Of a stretch of DNA of 35,625 nucleotides, positions 14,698-24,363 are shown piece after piece (position 1 is the stretch's first letter; every line of letters starts with the position of its first letter). Position numbers and translations under genes: made by a program. The notes under the pieces were generated by a model. It saw only the letters and a program-made list of their open reading frames with translations, made no database searches and was not told the DNA's origin. This DNA is from a virus. The stretch is taken from IMG/VR virus record IMGVR_UViG_3300002168_000001, positions 1 to 35,625 of that record, one strand, 5' to 3'.

Positions 14698-15939
14698 ATG
14701 AGCGTTCTAAATAGGATAACAAGATTTTTTGGCAAAGACGCAACAATGGAAGTTTACGACTCGCAAACTTTCGGCAATATCGATAACGCATTAAAATTGA
14801 CAGACGAAAATTGTTTCGATTTGGCAATTACGGTACCTGAATTGTTTTTCCCTGTAGATTTTTTTGCGGACAGAATATCAAAACTCGATTACTCAATAGT
14901 TGACAACAACGGCAAGGTATTAGATAATTATACAAAAAGATTAAAGAATCTAAACCCTTTGTATTCGTTCAAAGATTTAGTGTACAAGTATGTTTTTTCG
15001 CTATATAGCTATGGGAATGCAATCACATACATTCACACTTCTGATTCGTTTGCAAGAAACACGTTTGATTCTATAACTAGACTCGATGTATTGACACCTT
15101 CTTTAACTGAAATAAAAGAATTTAACACGATTAATGAGCTTTTTATTTCTGATTTAAACGAAGCGATACAAGAAGTAAGGTATTACAACAACGCACAAAG
15201 ATATAAGGTTATAAAAAAAGAAAATGTAAACGTGTGCGGCGTTGGGTATAAAAAGCAAGTAGATTCTCTTATATTAGACAAATCAATGTTATTTATAGCG
15301 GAAAAAGCTATAAATATATTACTTTCTGTTTATTCCGCACGGTTAAACATTTACAAGAATAACGGAATGGCTGGTATTCTTACAAAAAAAACAGTTCCAG
15401 CAAGTTCAGATATTGCAAGTATAGGAATCAACGGTAACAATCGAGAAGATATAGTGAAAGATATAAACTCGAAATATGGAATAGTCGGACGGAAAAACTT
15501 ATGGGGAATTTCTGGCGTGCCTGTAGAATTTATAAATACACTCGCTTCTATTCGTGAATTAATGCCACTTGAAGAAACTCTCGAATTGTCGATAAAAATA
15601 GCGAGCATATTCCAAATACCGCCACAACTAGTGCCAAGAAAAGATAATAGCACATTTGATAATCAAGCGAGTGCAGAGCGTGGAGTATGGTCTAATGCTT
15701 TGATTCCAGCACTTCAAACGGTAGAGGATAATTTAACGAGAATTCTTAAATTACCAATTGGAACAAAATTAAAAGGTGATTTGAGCAATGTAGAAGCGTT
15801 GCAAGAAAATGAATCAGAAAAGGAAGATTTTGTAACAAAAAAACTGGCAAATCTCGAAAAACTGAAAGCATTAAGTCCAGAATCAAAAGAAATTGAAATC
15901 GAAATACAGAAAATTATAAAAGATTATGGAACAAAATAA
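14698..15939 (+). CDS. Portal protein
   Basis: 413 aa. It lies between the terminase and the prohead protease, in the HK97-like order. Confidence 0.65.
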   Translation: MSVLNRITRFFGKDATMEVYDSQTFGNIDNALKLTDENCFDLAITVPELFFPVDFFADRISKLDYSIVDNNGKVLDNYTKRLKNLNPLYSFKDLVYKYVFSLYSYGNAITYIHTSDSFARNTFDSITRLDVLTPSLTEIKEFNTINELFISDLNEAIQEVRYYNNAQRYKVIKKENVNVCGVGYKKQVDSLILDKSMLFIAEKAINILLSVYSARLNIYKNNGMAGILTKKTVPASSDIASIGINGNNREDIVKDINSKYGIVGRKNLWGISGVPVEFINTLASIRELMPLEETLELSIKIASIFQIPPQLVPRKDNSTFDNQASAERGVWSNALIPALQTVEDNLTRILKLPIGTKLKGDLSNVEALQENESEKEDFVTKKLANLEKLKALSPESKEIEIEIQKIIKDYGTK

Positions 15940-16513
15940 AGAAGAACGTAGAATATTGCGCGCTATATTAGAGCCTTCGAATAGCGAAGAGTATGATTTT
16001 ACAGCAGTAGCTACACCAACAAACAACGGTCAAGTAAGATACTCGCACATGAATGATGAGTATTTCGTTCAAGTATTGCGAACATCCGAGCAGTCAGTAA
16101 AAGTTGATAGATTAAAAAGTGGATTACCCGTTTTCGACAATCACGAGTGGGAGAAATCAGCAAGCAAGACACTTGGTATATCTGTAGGTTACGATTTTAC
16201 CGAAAGAGGTTTAGAGATAAAAGTAAAACTAGGAGCAAGAGCGGATGAAGCTCTTCGTAAAGATATTAAAGATGGGATTATCAAAACCATGTCTATTGAA
16301 GGGGATGTTTTGTCTTACGAAATTAAACGAGAGCAAGGTAAATTGCCGATTTATGAAGCGGAATTATGGGAGCCAACTTCTGTAAGTTTTGCTCCAGTTC
16401 CTCAAGATATTGATGCACAAATTGAAGTGAAGAGAGGAATCGAAAAACAATTACAAGTAAATCAAACAAGTAAATCACAAATAAGTAAATTAATTAGCAA
16501 ATTTAAAAAGTAG
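15926..16513 (+). CDS. Prohead maturation protease (HK97 gp4-like)
   Basis: 195 aa between the portal and capsid genes. It has a PVFDNHEW..KTLG His motif and a TMSIEGD Ser motif. Confidence 0.6.
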   Translation: MEQNKEERRILRAILEPSNSEEYDFTAVATPTNNGQVRYSHMNDEYFVQVLRTSEQSVKVDRLKSGLPVFDNHEWEKSASKTLGISVGYDFTERGLEIKVKLGARADEALRKDIKDGIIKTMSIEGDVLSYEIKREQGKLPIYEAELWEPTSVSFAPVPQDIDAQIEVKRGIEKQLQVNQTSKSQISKLISKFKK

Positions 16514-16517
16514 AAAA

Positions 16518-17750
16518 ATGAAAAAAACAGAATTTTTAGAAATTTGCCGTACGAAAATAGGAAAGGATTTGACTCAAGAGGAGACTTCATTCCTAGAAAC
16601 AATCGGCGAAGGTATCGAACGAGCAATGTCTTGCGATGCCGAAGTGAGAAAAACCGAAATCGAAAGAGCAATGACCGAAGTTGTTGGGAAATTCGAAGAC
16701 GGTAAAAGTGTTGCTGACGTTTTACGTGGGCTTTCGCTTAAGATTGAATCTATTGAAGAGAAAAGCAAAAGCTCTTTAACAGCAAATGACAAGTATTGTT
16801 TGCGAAAAAAACTTGAAGAGAAAAAAGAAGAAATTCAACGCGCAATGAAAGGCGATACAAATTTCTCTATTGAGTTTCACGCAAAACGTGATGCGGCATT
16901 AATGACGTCAGCTAATTTCATGACAGGAGCAGGTCAGGTTTCCGAAAATTGGATTGACGATACAGAAGTTGCAGTAATTCAGTATCCTAAAAACTTTATT
17001 CTTGATGCGATTTCTTCTCGTCAAGTTTCAAAAGTTCCTGCAGCTATTGTTCAAAGCGAGCAAACATCTTTAGAAGGTGATGCCACTGTAGTTCCTGAAG
17101 GTACAGTTAAACCTTTAATGCAATATGTATGGGAGAAAAAAACATATACTCGCGATAAATATGCTGGGCGTATCGAATATTCAGAAGAGTTGGAAATGGA
17201 TTACGAACAATTATTGCTTAAGGTAATTGAAATGTTTGAAGAGCAAGTTCTTCGCGTATGGAATGATGCTATTTTAACTAAAGTTATTAATTATGCAGCA
17301 CCTTACGTTTCGACAGGTCTCGAAGGAACAATGACAAAACCTGATAATTTTGCAGTAATTGGCGCGATGATTCTTCATGTCTCAAATGCTGATTACGATG
17401 CTGATATTATCGCAATGAATCCAGCCGATGTTTGGGCAATGAGACTTGAACAAAATGCAAACGGAGATTACAAAATCAATCCACTTGCTGGAAATGGTTT
17501 TGAAGGATTGCAGCCGTTTATTTCAACAAAAGTGCCAGTTGGTAATATTTTGATTGGAACGAAACGAACAATCAAAGAACAGCATGGCGCATTCATTATT
17601 CGAAAAGGTGTTTATGGAGACCAATTAATCGAAAATGAATCAACTATTATCGGGGAAATTTTCTCTATTTTCCAAGCTCCTACAGTTTCTAAATTGTCAT
17701 GGTGCTACGGAAATATTGCAACAATTAAAGACGCTTTAACAGCGGAGTAA
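16518..17750 (+). CDS. Major capsid protein (HK97 fold) with an N-terminal delta/scaffold-like domain
   Basis: 410 aa. The N-terminal ~110 aa are a charged coiled segment and the remainder has an HK97-capsid-like pattern. Position follows the protease gene. Confidence 0.8.
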   Translation: MKKTEFLEICRTKIGKDLTQEETSFLETIGEGIERAMSCDAEVRKTEIERAMTEVVGKFEDGKSVADVLRGLSLKIESIEEKSKSSLTANDKYCLRKKLEEKKEEIQRAMKGDTNFSIEFHAKRDAALMTSANFMTGAGQVSENWIDDTEVAVIQYPKNFILDAISSRQVSKVPAAIVQSEQTSLEGDATVVPEGTVKPLMQYVWEKKTYTRDKYAGRIEYSEELEMDYEQLLLKVIEMFEEQVLRVWNDAILTKVINYAAPYVSTGLEGTMTKPDNFAVIGAMILHVSNADYDADIIAMNPADVWAMRLEQNANGDYKINPLAGNGFEGLQPFISTKVPVGNILIGTKRTIKEQHGAFIIRKGVYGDQLIENESTIIGEIFSIFQAPTVSKLSWCYGNIATIKDALTAE

Positions 17751-17772
17751 TTAACAATTAAAAATTTAAGTC

Positions 17773-17925
17773 ATGAAAAATATAAAATTAGACGACAAAA
17801 TTTGGATTAAAAGCGCAAGCGGAAAATATGGCGCAACGCAAGTACACAGAATTCTTGGCGAAAAACTGATTGCACAAAAAAAAGCAGTCGCATGTGATGA
17901 GCCTAAAAAACAAGCAAAAAAATGA
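17773..17925 (+). CDS. Small basic hypothetical protein (50 aa)
   Basis: It starts at ATG 17773 and its stop overlaps the next start as ATGA. Not in the ORF track. Confidence 0.35.
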   Translation: MKNIKLDDKIWIKSASGKYGATQVHRILGEKLIAQKKAVACDEPKKQAKK

Positions 17926-18350
17926 AAAAGTTAGTATTTCTAATGTTCACTCTTATTGCAGCAATAGGAGTGAATGCTCAAACATTCTCGTTAGTTAATA
18001 ACAAATCGGTTATTGATTATACGTTTACCGACACTCTCGGGACTTCGGACACTCTTACGTATGAATTTACAGTAAAAGGAACGCCACTTGCTTATGCGAG
18101 TATTGGTATTCAATGCGATACTGTAGATGCTGACACCAGTTCTTATGTTGCTATTATTTACAAAACTAAAAACTTTATAGATTATACGGCAATAGACACT
18201 ATTACTAGAGCGACAAACGGACACGCGTGGGATGAGTATGATAGTTTTCTAATCTTAGACAGGGGCTACCGTATAAGAATAATCTCAACGGCAGCGTCAA
18301 GTCAAGGAGCATTAATAAACATCATAGGAGTTATTCGTAGATATAATTAA
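17922..18350 (+). CDS. Secreted protein with a cleavable signal peptide (moron-like insert in the head module)
   Basis: The N-terminus is MKKLVFLMFTLIAAIGVNAQ, followed by a beta-rich 120-aa body. Its own terminator follows. Confidence 0.65.
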   Translation: MKKLVFLMFTLIAAIGVNAQTFSLVNNKSVIDYTFTDTLGTSDTLTYEFTVKGTPLAYASIGIQCDTVDADTSSYVAIIYKTKNFIDYTAIDTITRATNGHAWDEYDSFLILDRGYRIRIISTAASSQGALINIIGVIRRYN

Positions 18351-18357
18351 AAACAAT

Positions 18358-18383
18358 GGGCGGTGTAGTGCCGCCCTTATTTT
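18358..18383 (+). terminator. Rho-independent terminator
   Basis: The GGGCGG/CCGCCC stem (18358..18376) has a 7-nt loop and is followed by ttatttt. Confidence 0.75.
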
Positions 18384-18390
18384 GTAAAAC

Positions 18391-18750
18391 ATGAGCATTG
18401 TAACAACATCAGATTTTGTTTATCCTTATTTTCTTGATACGTCTGGGGATAATACTTTACTTCAATCTATTATAGATTATGTAGAAAACGAGTATGTGCC
18501 TTTAGTTTCAATAGAAGATTTATCGGAAAAAAAATCAATGATTCTTGGGTTTGTGTATGCTTTTTATTGTTCTGAACAATTAAGAATGAATACGAGTATC
18601 GGAAATGTGAGTATAAATACTGATAATGCAACGAAAGATGGACATATAAGTAATGCGTTTGCAATTTACAATGCGTCGGTTATTCTGTTTAACGAATATG
18701 TTATTGATAAAGCAAACAAGTTGAGAATGTATAATGAATTTGGATTATGA
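18391..18750 (+). CDS. Head-tail connector/adaptor protein (positional call)
   Basis: 119 aa between the capsid and tail genes. Confidence 0.45.
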   Translation: MSIVTTSDFVYPYFLDTSGDNTLLQSIIDYVENEYVPLVSIEDLSEKKSMILGFVYAFYCSEQLRMNTSIGNVSINTDNATKDGHISNAFAIYNASVILFNEYVIDKANKLRMYNEFGL

Positions 18751-19196
18751 TAGATGCAATTAAATATTCAGTTGAGCAAATGAATCCAAAGCCTAGATTT
18801 ATTGTCGGGTCATGGCTTGAAGCTACGAAACTGAATGGCATTTTATCGCATGACAAAACAATGGACGGCAAGAAATATCCTTTAGTGTTTCTCGATTCAA
18901 ATTTTGAAACTGACAAATCAGAAACGGCTACAGTAGATTTGTATTTTGTCGCTCGGAGCAAAGAGAGTTACACAACACAGCAGAGAGAATCACTTGTTTA
19001 TGCAGCTATTCTCACACCTTTGTTTCGTGATTTTCTTTATCAAGCGTTTAAATCGGCAAAGTTTATATTTGAAAACGTAGAGAATGCAAGAGATTATTAT
19101 GCAGAATATACAACCGATAAAATGTACTACGCCCCCAATGTATTAAATGACATTGTTGATGTTTTACACGTAAATTTACAATTAAAATTAAAATAA
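18747..19196 (+). CDS. Head-tail joining or tail completion protein (positional call)
   Basis: 149 aa, ATGA-coupled to the upstream gene and directly upstream of the major tail protein gene. Confidence 0.45.
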   Translation: MIDAIKYSVEQMNPKPRFIVGSWLEATKLNGILSHDKTMDGKKYPLVFLDSNFETDKSETATVDLYFVARSKESYTTQQRESLVYAAILTPLFRDFLYQAFKSAKFIFENVENARDYYAEYTTDKMYYAPNVLNDIVDVLHVNLQLKLK

Positions 19197-19200
19197 GAAA

Positions 19201-20124
19201 ATGGCACAAGAAATTAATCAATTTTCAGAAAAGACGAAAGAATACGGAAACACAGGTTTTCGGGATTTAATCGCAAATAAACGAGGAGCTATATGCGGCG
19301 CGGTTGCGTGTGTACGTGGTTTCTCACAGTTCGAAACTATCGAAGACGCTTATGATTTAGCGAAATGGAATGCGAAGTTTCGAGACATCAAAACAAAACG
19401 CGCTTTCATGTTACCGTTATTTGACGGTATCGAAGATATGAGCGAGGAAGATGTATATGATGAAGGACTGCAAGGCTCGAAATTCTCGGCATGGGGAAAT
19501 GCAAAGTTTAAAGCGACTATTGATGTGAACGCATATCAAGAATGGCAATTACGTGGTTTCTCTGAAAGAGAAATGGACGTATATCTGCTCGATGTTGCGC
19601 AAAACATTCTCGGATTTTCTCCAGACAATACAAAAATAGAAGGCTTTAGCATGATGATTCATGTAGGAAAAACCCCTATTGTTGCGAAAGGAGAGAAAGT
19701 GAAATTGCCAGTATTTTTTACTGTAAAATCTTCGCAAGAGTGGATATACCCTGTAGTGATAGAGCCAACAGTACAAACAACTGCATGGAATCCTTTAACG
19801 GACTTTGACGGCGTTTATGATGTGGACTTGACTCAAGTATCGGCATCAGCTACGACAATTGTACTTGATGTAACGAAAAAATCTATCGACCCGGCACTTG
19901 GATACGCTGCGGTAAGTGGATTAGTTCTTGCGGACTTCGTTCATTCGGGAGCGGTAATGACGGCAGCAGAAGAGAGTGATACAATTCCAGGACGTTATAC
20001 TCTTACAGGAACATTCGCAAACGATGGCACTATTAATTTAGTTGCTTGTGCGAGTATATCTATAACTACTCCGTTTATTGAATCAACAGGTGCAATGACA
20101 ATTAGCGGTATAGAATTAGAATAA
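19201..20124 (+). CDS. Major tail protein, probably with a C-terminal Ig-like domain
   Basis: 307 aa, positioned upstream of the chaperone-like genes and the tape measure gene. The C-terminal ~100 aa are beta-rich (VYDVDLTQVSASATTIVLDVTKKS...). Confidence 0.6.
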   Translation: MAQEINQFSEKTKEYGNTGFRDLIANKRGAICGAVACVRGFSQFETIEDAYDLAKWNAKFRDIKTKRAFMLPLFDGIEDMSEEDVYDEGLQGSKFSAWGNAKFKATIDVNAYQEWQLRGFSEREMDVYLLDVAQNILGFSPDNTKIEGFSMMIHVGKTPIVAKGEKVKLPVFFTVKSSQEWIYPVVIEPTVQTTAWNPLTDFDGVYDVDLTQVSASATTIVLDVTKKSIDPALGYAAVSGLVLADFVHSGAVMTAAEESDTIPGRYTLTGTFANDGTINLVACASISITTPFIESTGAMTISGIELE

Positions 20125-20357
20125 TGTTTACACCGAACAAGGAGGGAGCTTTATTAATGGGTCGCGATAATTTTGTCGCGGCTCATATAAAGTTCAAAGA
20201 TTTTAGAAATCTTACCCCAAAAGATGCAGCGAAAAAACTTAATAAGATATACGATGAACTTGAGGGAACTAAACGAAAAGATACAGAAGTTAGACCTTCA
20301 ACAAGCGGTCCAAGATTGGATAAGCGAAAACGAAAACCTACTACTAGAGCTATTTAA
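20124..20357 (+). CDS. Uncertain ORF. Only the first ~37 codons look genuine, and they may be the N-terminus of the next gene (see the A6 tract finding).
   Basis: The ATG overlaps the upstream stop. The C-terminal half is basic and low-complexity, and it overlaps a better-looking frame. Confidence 0.3.
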   Translation: MFTPNKEGALLMGRDNFVAAHIKFKDFRNLTPKDAAKKLNKIYDELEGTKRKDTEVRPSTSGPRLDKRKRKPTTRAI

Positions 20358-20655
20358 AGAGCAATTATATAGGGGTGAAGTTGGTAATACTTTTTATACG
20401 TATAGTTCGCCTTCGTATCAGAAAGAGAAACTACGAATGAATCCAACCGCGAGAGGTAAGGTCGATTTGTATTATACTGGGAAATTTTACGAAGGGTTTT
20501 ATTTCGATGCAGACAATGAAGGCATATCGTTCTACTCGAAAGACAGTAAGACGAAAGATTTAGAAACAAAATATCAGAATCTATTTAAAGTGAATGCAAA
20601 TACAAAAGCGAAATTGGTTGTAAGATTTAAAAATGAGTTAGTAGGGTACTTATGA
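20254..20655 (+). CDS. Hypothetical tail-module protein
   Basis: MNLRELNEKIQKLDLQQAVQDWISENENLLLELFKEQLYRG... has a natural, protein-like composition. The frame is open from 20191. Confidence 0.6.
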   Translation: MNLRELNEKIQKLDLQQAVQDWISENENLLLELFKEQLYRGEVGNTFYTYSSPSYQKEKLRMNPTARGKVDLYYTGKFYEGFYFDADNEGISFYSKDSKTKDLETKYQNLFKVNANTKAKLVVRFKNELVGYL

Positions 20656-21197
20656 TATACAGGAGTTTAGATGATTTACCGATATATAATTACTTCAAAT
20701 GTTCAGAAGGGCATTTGCAGTATTTGTATGAAGAATATCATAAGAATAAAAAAATAACTATCGAGCTATTTGATATTTGGGATAAACTTCAAGAGGATTT
20801 TTCAATAGCGACGAATGACGACAGCGCGGCAATTATGAGACTCAAATACGCTTCTGTACTCGTTATGGTGCGACAAGTATTAAACCTTAAGAATTGTCAC
20901 GAGATGTTAAGTATGAGGTCGGATAAAGACGTGGTAGAACTACTTAAACTCATGAATTTTAACTTTGATTTAAACAGAAAAGAATCAGAACTAAAGAGAC
21001 TTAAAGGTCATATTCTTAATTTAGAAGCAAGGATAAAAGAAAAACAACCGAAAGAGGAATCTACTAACTTATTTGAAATCGCAGCAAACATAAAAAAAGT
21101 ATTAGGTTTTAATTTCGATGTAAAAATGACATCATGTTCAGAATTTATATCATACATTAATTTATTGAAAAATGGCAAAGGACAAACTACTATATGA
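20652..21197 (+). CDS. Tail assembly chaperone-like protein (positional call)
   Basis: 181 aa, immediately upstream of the tape measure gene and ATGA-coupled to the upstream gene. Confidence 0.45.
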   Translation: MIYRSLDDLPIYNYFKCSEGHLQYLYEEYHKNKKITIELFDIWDKLQEDFSIATNDDSAAIMRLKYASVLVMVRQVLNLKNCHEMLSMRSDKDVVELLKLMNFNFDLNRKESELKRLKGHILNLEARIKEKQPKEESTNLFEIAANIKKVLGFNFDVKMTSCSEFISYINLLKNGKGQTTI

Positions 21198-24100
21198 TGA
21201 TATAATTGACAAGAGTGTTAAAGAAGGGATTGATGCGCTTAAGAAGTCTATGAATGAATTGTACGAGTCGTTCAAAAAATTAACTGAACAATCCGTAAAA
21301 AATTCGACTTCGACAAAAGACGCTGCGAGTTCAACAAAAAAACTATCGGACGAACAAAGACGTATAAACGATGAGGAAAAGAGAGCCGAAAAAATTGCGA
21401 GAGATTTAAAAAACACAAGAGAGAAATTAAATAAAAGCTACATAGCAGCGCAAGAGCAAGTAAGAAAAAGACGAGCCGCCATATTAGAAGAAATTAGAGC
21501 GGAAAATCAAGCACATGATTCTCTCGCAAAAAAAGAAGCACTATTGCGTAAATTAACACAGCAATATAGGAACGCTTCGAGTGTTGTCGCTCGGCAAATG
21601 GCTCCCGAAATTAAGAAACTAAAAACAGAAATAAACAATCTAAACGGCGCAATAGGAAACAATACGGGTCGCGTAGGTTCATATTTTAAAAGCTTTGTGC
21701 AAGGTGCTGCGTCTATGGCAACGATGTACGTGTCTTTTCAAGGATTTACACGCTTGATTAGTTCTACGTTCGGTATAATGACTTCGTTTGAAAAAACAAT
21801 GTCGGGTGTTGCTGCAATATCGAGGGCAACGGGAACGGAATTACAGAAGTTGGAAGAAGACGCAAAAAGATTAGGAGCAACAACGAGTAAGACGGCGACA
21901 GAGGTTGCACAATTGCAAGTAGAGTATGCAAAGCTCGGATTCACTACTCAAGAAATCTTAAACGCAACAGAGGCTACTGTATTATTATCACAAGCAACAG
22001 GAGAAGATTTAGCAAGGTCAGCGGAGATTGCTGGTGCTACAATTAGAGGTTTCGGAATGGATGCTTCGGAATCAAGCAGGGTAGTGGACGTTATGGCTGC
22101 ATCATTTACAAGTTCAGCCTTAAATCTTGAAAGGTTCGCAGAAGCAATGAAATATGTTGCGCCAGTTGCGAAGGCTTCGGGTATTACATTAGAGCAAACG
22201 GCGGCGATGATGTCAAAACTTGCAGATGCGGGTATTCATGGTTCAATGGCGGGTACAGCGTTACGACAAATAATGCTCGAAATGGCAAAAGCTGGCAAAA
22301 CAGGAATGCAAGGATTTAACGAAATGGCAAAAGCTGGATTATCTTTAGCAGATGCAAATGATGAGGTAGGGCAAAGAGCAGCAACAGCATTACTTATATT
22401 ATCAAAAAATGAGAAAGCGGTAAATAATTTAACAGAATCTTACAACAACGCGGAAGGTGCTGCAAAAGAAATGGCAGATACGCAAATGGATAATCTTTCG
22501 GGGTCTATTACCATACTTTCGTCAGCATGGGAGGGGCTTGTGTTGAAAATAACATCAGGAAACGGTGCGTTGAAGCGATTTGTAGACACTATATCTTCAT
22601 TCGTTCAATGGTTGTCAGGAGCAAACTACGAAATGAAAGAGTATAATTTTAATCAAAACGTATTAGAACAAGCTACTCGAAAATATAATGATGTTATTGC
22701 AAAAGAGACAAACGAGATAGATTTATTATTTCGAATGCTTAAACAGACAAACCCAGAATCAAAAAAAAGAATAGATTTAGTTTCTGAAATTCAAAAAAAA
22801 TATCCTGATTACATTTCAAATATAGATTTGGAAAAAGCTGGTGTTGAAGGATTAGCTTTAGCTCAAAAGGAGTATAATGACCAGATTGAGCGAAAAATGA
22901 TAATAGCAGCAAAAGAAGAAGCGACAAATGAGTTATTAAAAGAAGCTAATAGATATATAAAACAACGATACGAAGCAGAAATTCAGTTAATAAAAATTGA
23001 AGCAAGACGGCAGCAGATTTACGGCGATGGGATGAAAATAATAACAGAAGCGGAATCAAAAGAGCTTGAGTTTATGAAATTAAATGAGACTGTGTTAAAT
23101 TCCATTATTCTTGGTTCTGCATCAGCGATTAATGATTATAAAAATCAGATGGTTAAAATAGAAGAATACTATTCTGATTTTATTAAAACAAGCAGTAATG
23201 CGAATTCAACAGTATCGTCAGGTTCAAAAAAATTAACAAAAGATGAGGTTAATGAATTAATTAAACGACTTGAACAACAAAGGGATTTCCGAACTTCTGA
23301 ATTAAAATTATGGGGTGCTGGTCAATCGGCAATTTTTGCATCAGAGCAAAGATTCAATGAAGAGATTTTAGAGCTTCGCAAAAAATACGGACTTCTAAAT
23401 GAAATTGAATATAAAACACAAGCGAATAAAAATGCACTTGCGAGAAAAGAACAGCAAAAGAAAGAACTTGAAGAAACACAAGCGATGTTTAACGAGATGA
23501 ATTTAAGTTTGCAAGAAAATGAATCGACAAATGAGGATTTCTCATTTTTTGAAAGTCCCGTTACGTTCAAAGAGAGATTTGAAGAATATAAAGACGTTTA
23601 TCGTGAAGCTGGGCAATCTATTGTAGACATAACTCGTGAACATTACGAGGAAATGCGAGAAATAGCCGACATGGAAAAGCAACTCGCAGATGACAAAGTG
23701 AACAATGCACGTGATTATTTCAATCAACAACAGAATTTAGCGGCGCAAGGTTTCCAAAATAACATGGCACAAGCCGAAAAAGAGCTGTTGCTTGCAAAAC
23801 AAACACAGGCGAAAGCAGAACGAGAACAAAGAAAAGCACTACGAAACCAACAGATATTACAATCAATCGAGCAAGGCGCGAACTTATTAACAGCTTCGAC
23901 TTCGATTTACAACACAGCAAAAGGAAATCCACTTTTATATGTGCCTTTACTCGCAACGATGTGGGGGTCTTTCTTTGTTCAAAAAGCAAAATCAATTAAA
24001 GCGACGAGATACGGCAAAGGTGGTATAATTGATATTGGAGGGGGGTCGCACGAATCAGGGAATGACACAAGTCTTGGCGTTCATGGAGGTATAGAGAGAA

Positions 24101-24363
24101 TTGTAGAAGGCGGCGAAAAAGTATTTGTGGTAAATAAAACAAGCTCGAAAAAGTATAGAAATATATTACCAAATTTGGTCGATTCGATAAACAAAGGAAA
24201 TTTGTCCGTAAAAGCAGACAGCAGAGGCAATATTGTGAACATATCTACGGAACGAATGGAGCGAGGGCTTGATAAAATTGCAAAGAACACAAGCACTATT
24301 ACTTACACGAAAAACGGAAAAACTATAATAAAACAAGGACTAAACACAATTGAATATGTATAA
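21172..24363 (+). CDS. Tail tape measure protein
   Basis: 1063 aa. It has a TP901-type TMP core (MSGVAAISRATGTELQKLEEDAKRLGATTSKTATEVAQLQVEYAKLGF...GSMAGTALRQIM) flanked by coiled-coil regions. Confidence 0.9.
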   Translation: MAKDKLLYDDIIDKSVKEGIDALKKSMNELYESFKKLTEQSVKNSTSTKDAASSTKKLSDEQRRINDEEKRAEKIARDLKNTREKLNKSYIAAQEQVRKRRAAILEEIRAENQAHDSLAKKEALLRKLTQQYRNASSVVARQMAPEIKKLKTEINNLNGAIGNNTGRVGSYFKSFVQGAASMATMYVSFQGFTRLISSTFGIMTSFEKTMSGVAAISRATGTELQKLEEDAKRLGATTSKTATEVAQLQVEYAKLGFTTQEILNATEATVLLSQATGEDLARSAEIAGATIRGFGMDASESSRVVDVMAASFTSSALNLERFAEAMKYVAPVAKASGITLEQTAAMMSKLADAGIHGSMAGTALRQIMLEMAKAGKTGMQGFNEMAKAGLSLADANDEVGQRAATALLILSKNEKAVNNLTESYNNAEGAAKEMADTQMDNLSGSITILSSAWEGLVLKITSGNGALKRFVDTISSFVQWLSGANYEMKEYNFNQNVLEQATRKYNDVIAKETNEIDLLFRMLKQTNPESKKRIDLVSEIQKKYPDYISNIDLEKAGVEGLALAQKEYNDQIERKMIIAAKEEATNELLKEANRYIKQRYEAEIQLIKIEARRQQIYGDGMKIITEAESKELEFMKLNETVLNSIILGSASAINDYKNQMVKIEEYYSDFIKTSSNANSTVSSGSKKLTKDEVNELIKRLEQQRDFRTSELKLWGAGQSAIFASEQRFNEEILELRKKYGLLNEIEYKTQANKNALARKEQQKKELEETQAMFNEMNLSLQENESTNEDFSFFESPVTFKERFEEYKDVYREAGQSIVDITREHYEEMREIADMEKQLADDKVNNARDYFNQQQNLAAQGFQNNMAQAEKELLLAKQTQAKAEREQRKALRNQQILQSIEQGANLLTASTSIYNTAKGNPLLYVPLLATMWGSFFVQKAKSIKATRYGKGGIIDIGGGSHESGNDTSLGVHGGIERIVEGGEKVFVVNKTSSKKYRNILPNLVDSINKGNLSVKADSRGNIVNISTERMERGLDKIAKNTSTITYTKNGKTIIKQGLNTIEYV

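Noticed and set aside
20224-21197. A canonical -1 programmed frameshift (G/GT tail chaperone pair) upstream of the tape measure gene
   Set aside because: The downstream ORF (20652..) is in the -1 frame relative to 20254..20655. However, that frame is closed by stops at 20586, 20628 and 20634 and opens only at 20637. There is no X XXY YYZ slippery heptamer in the last 19 nt. The genes appear simply ATGA-coupled.
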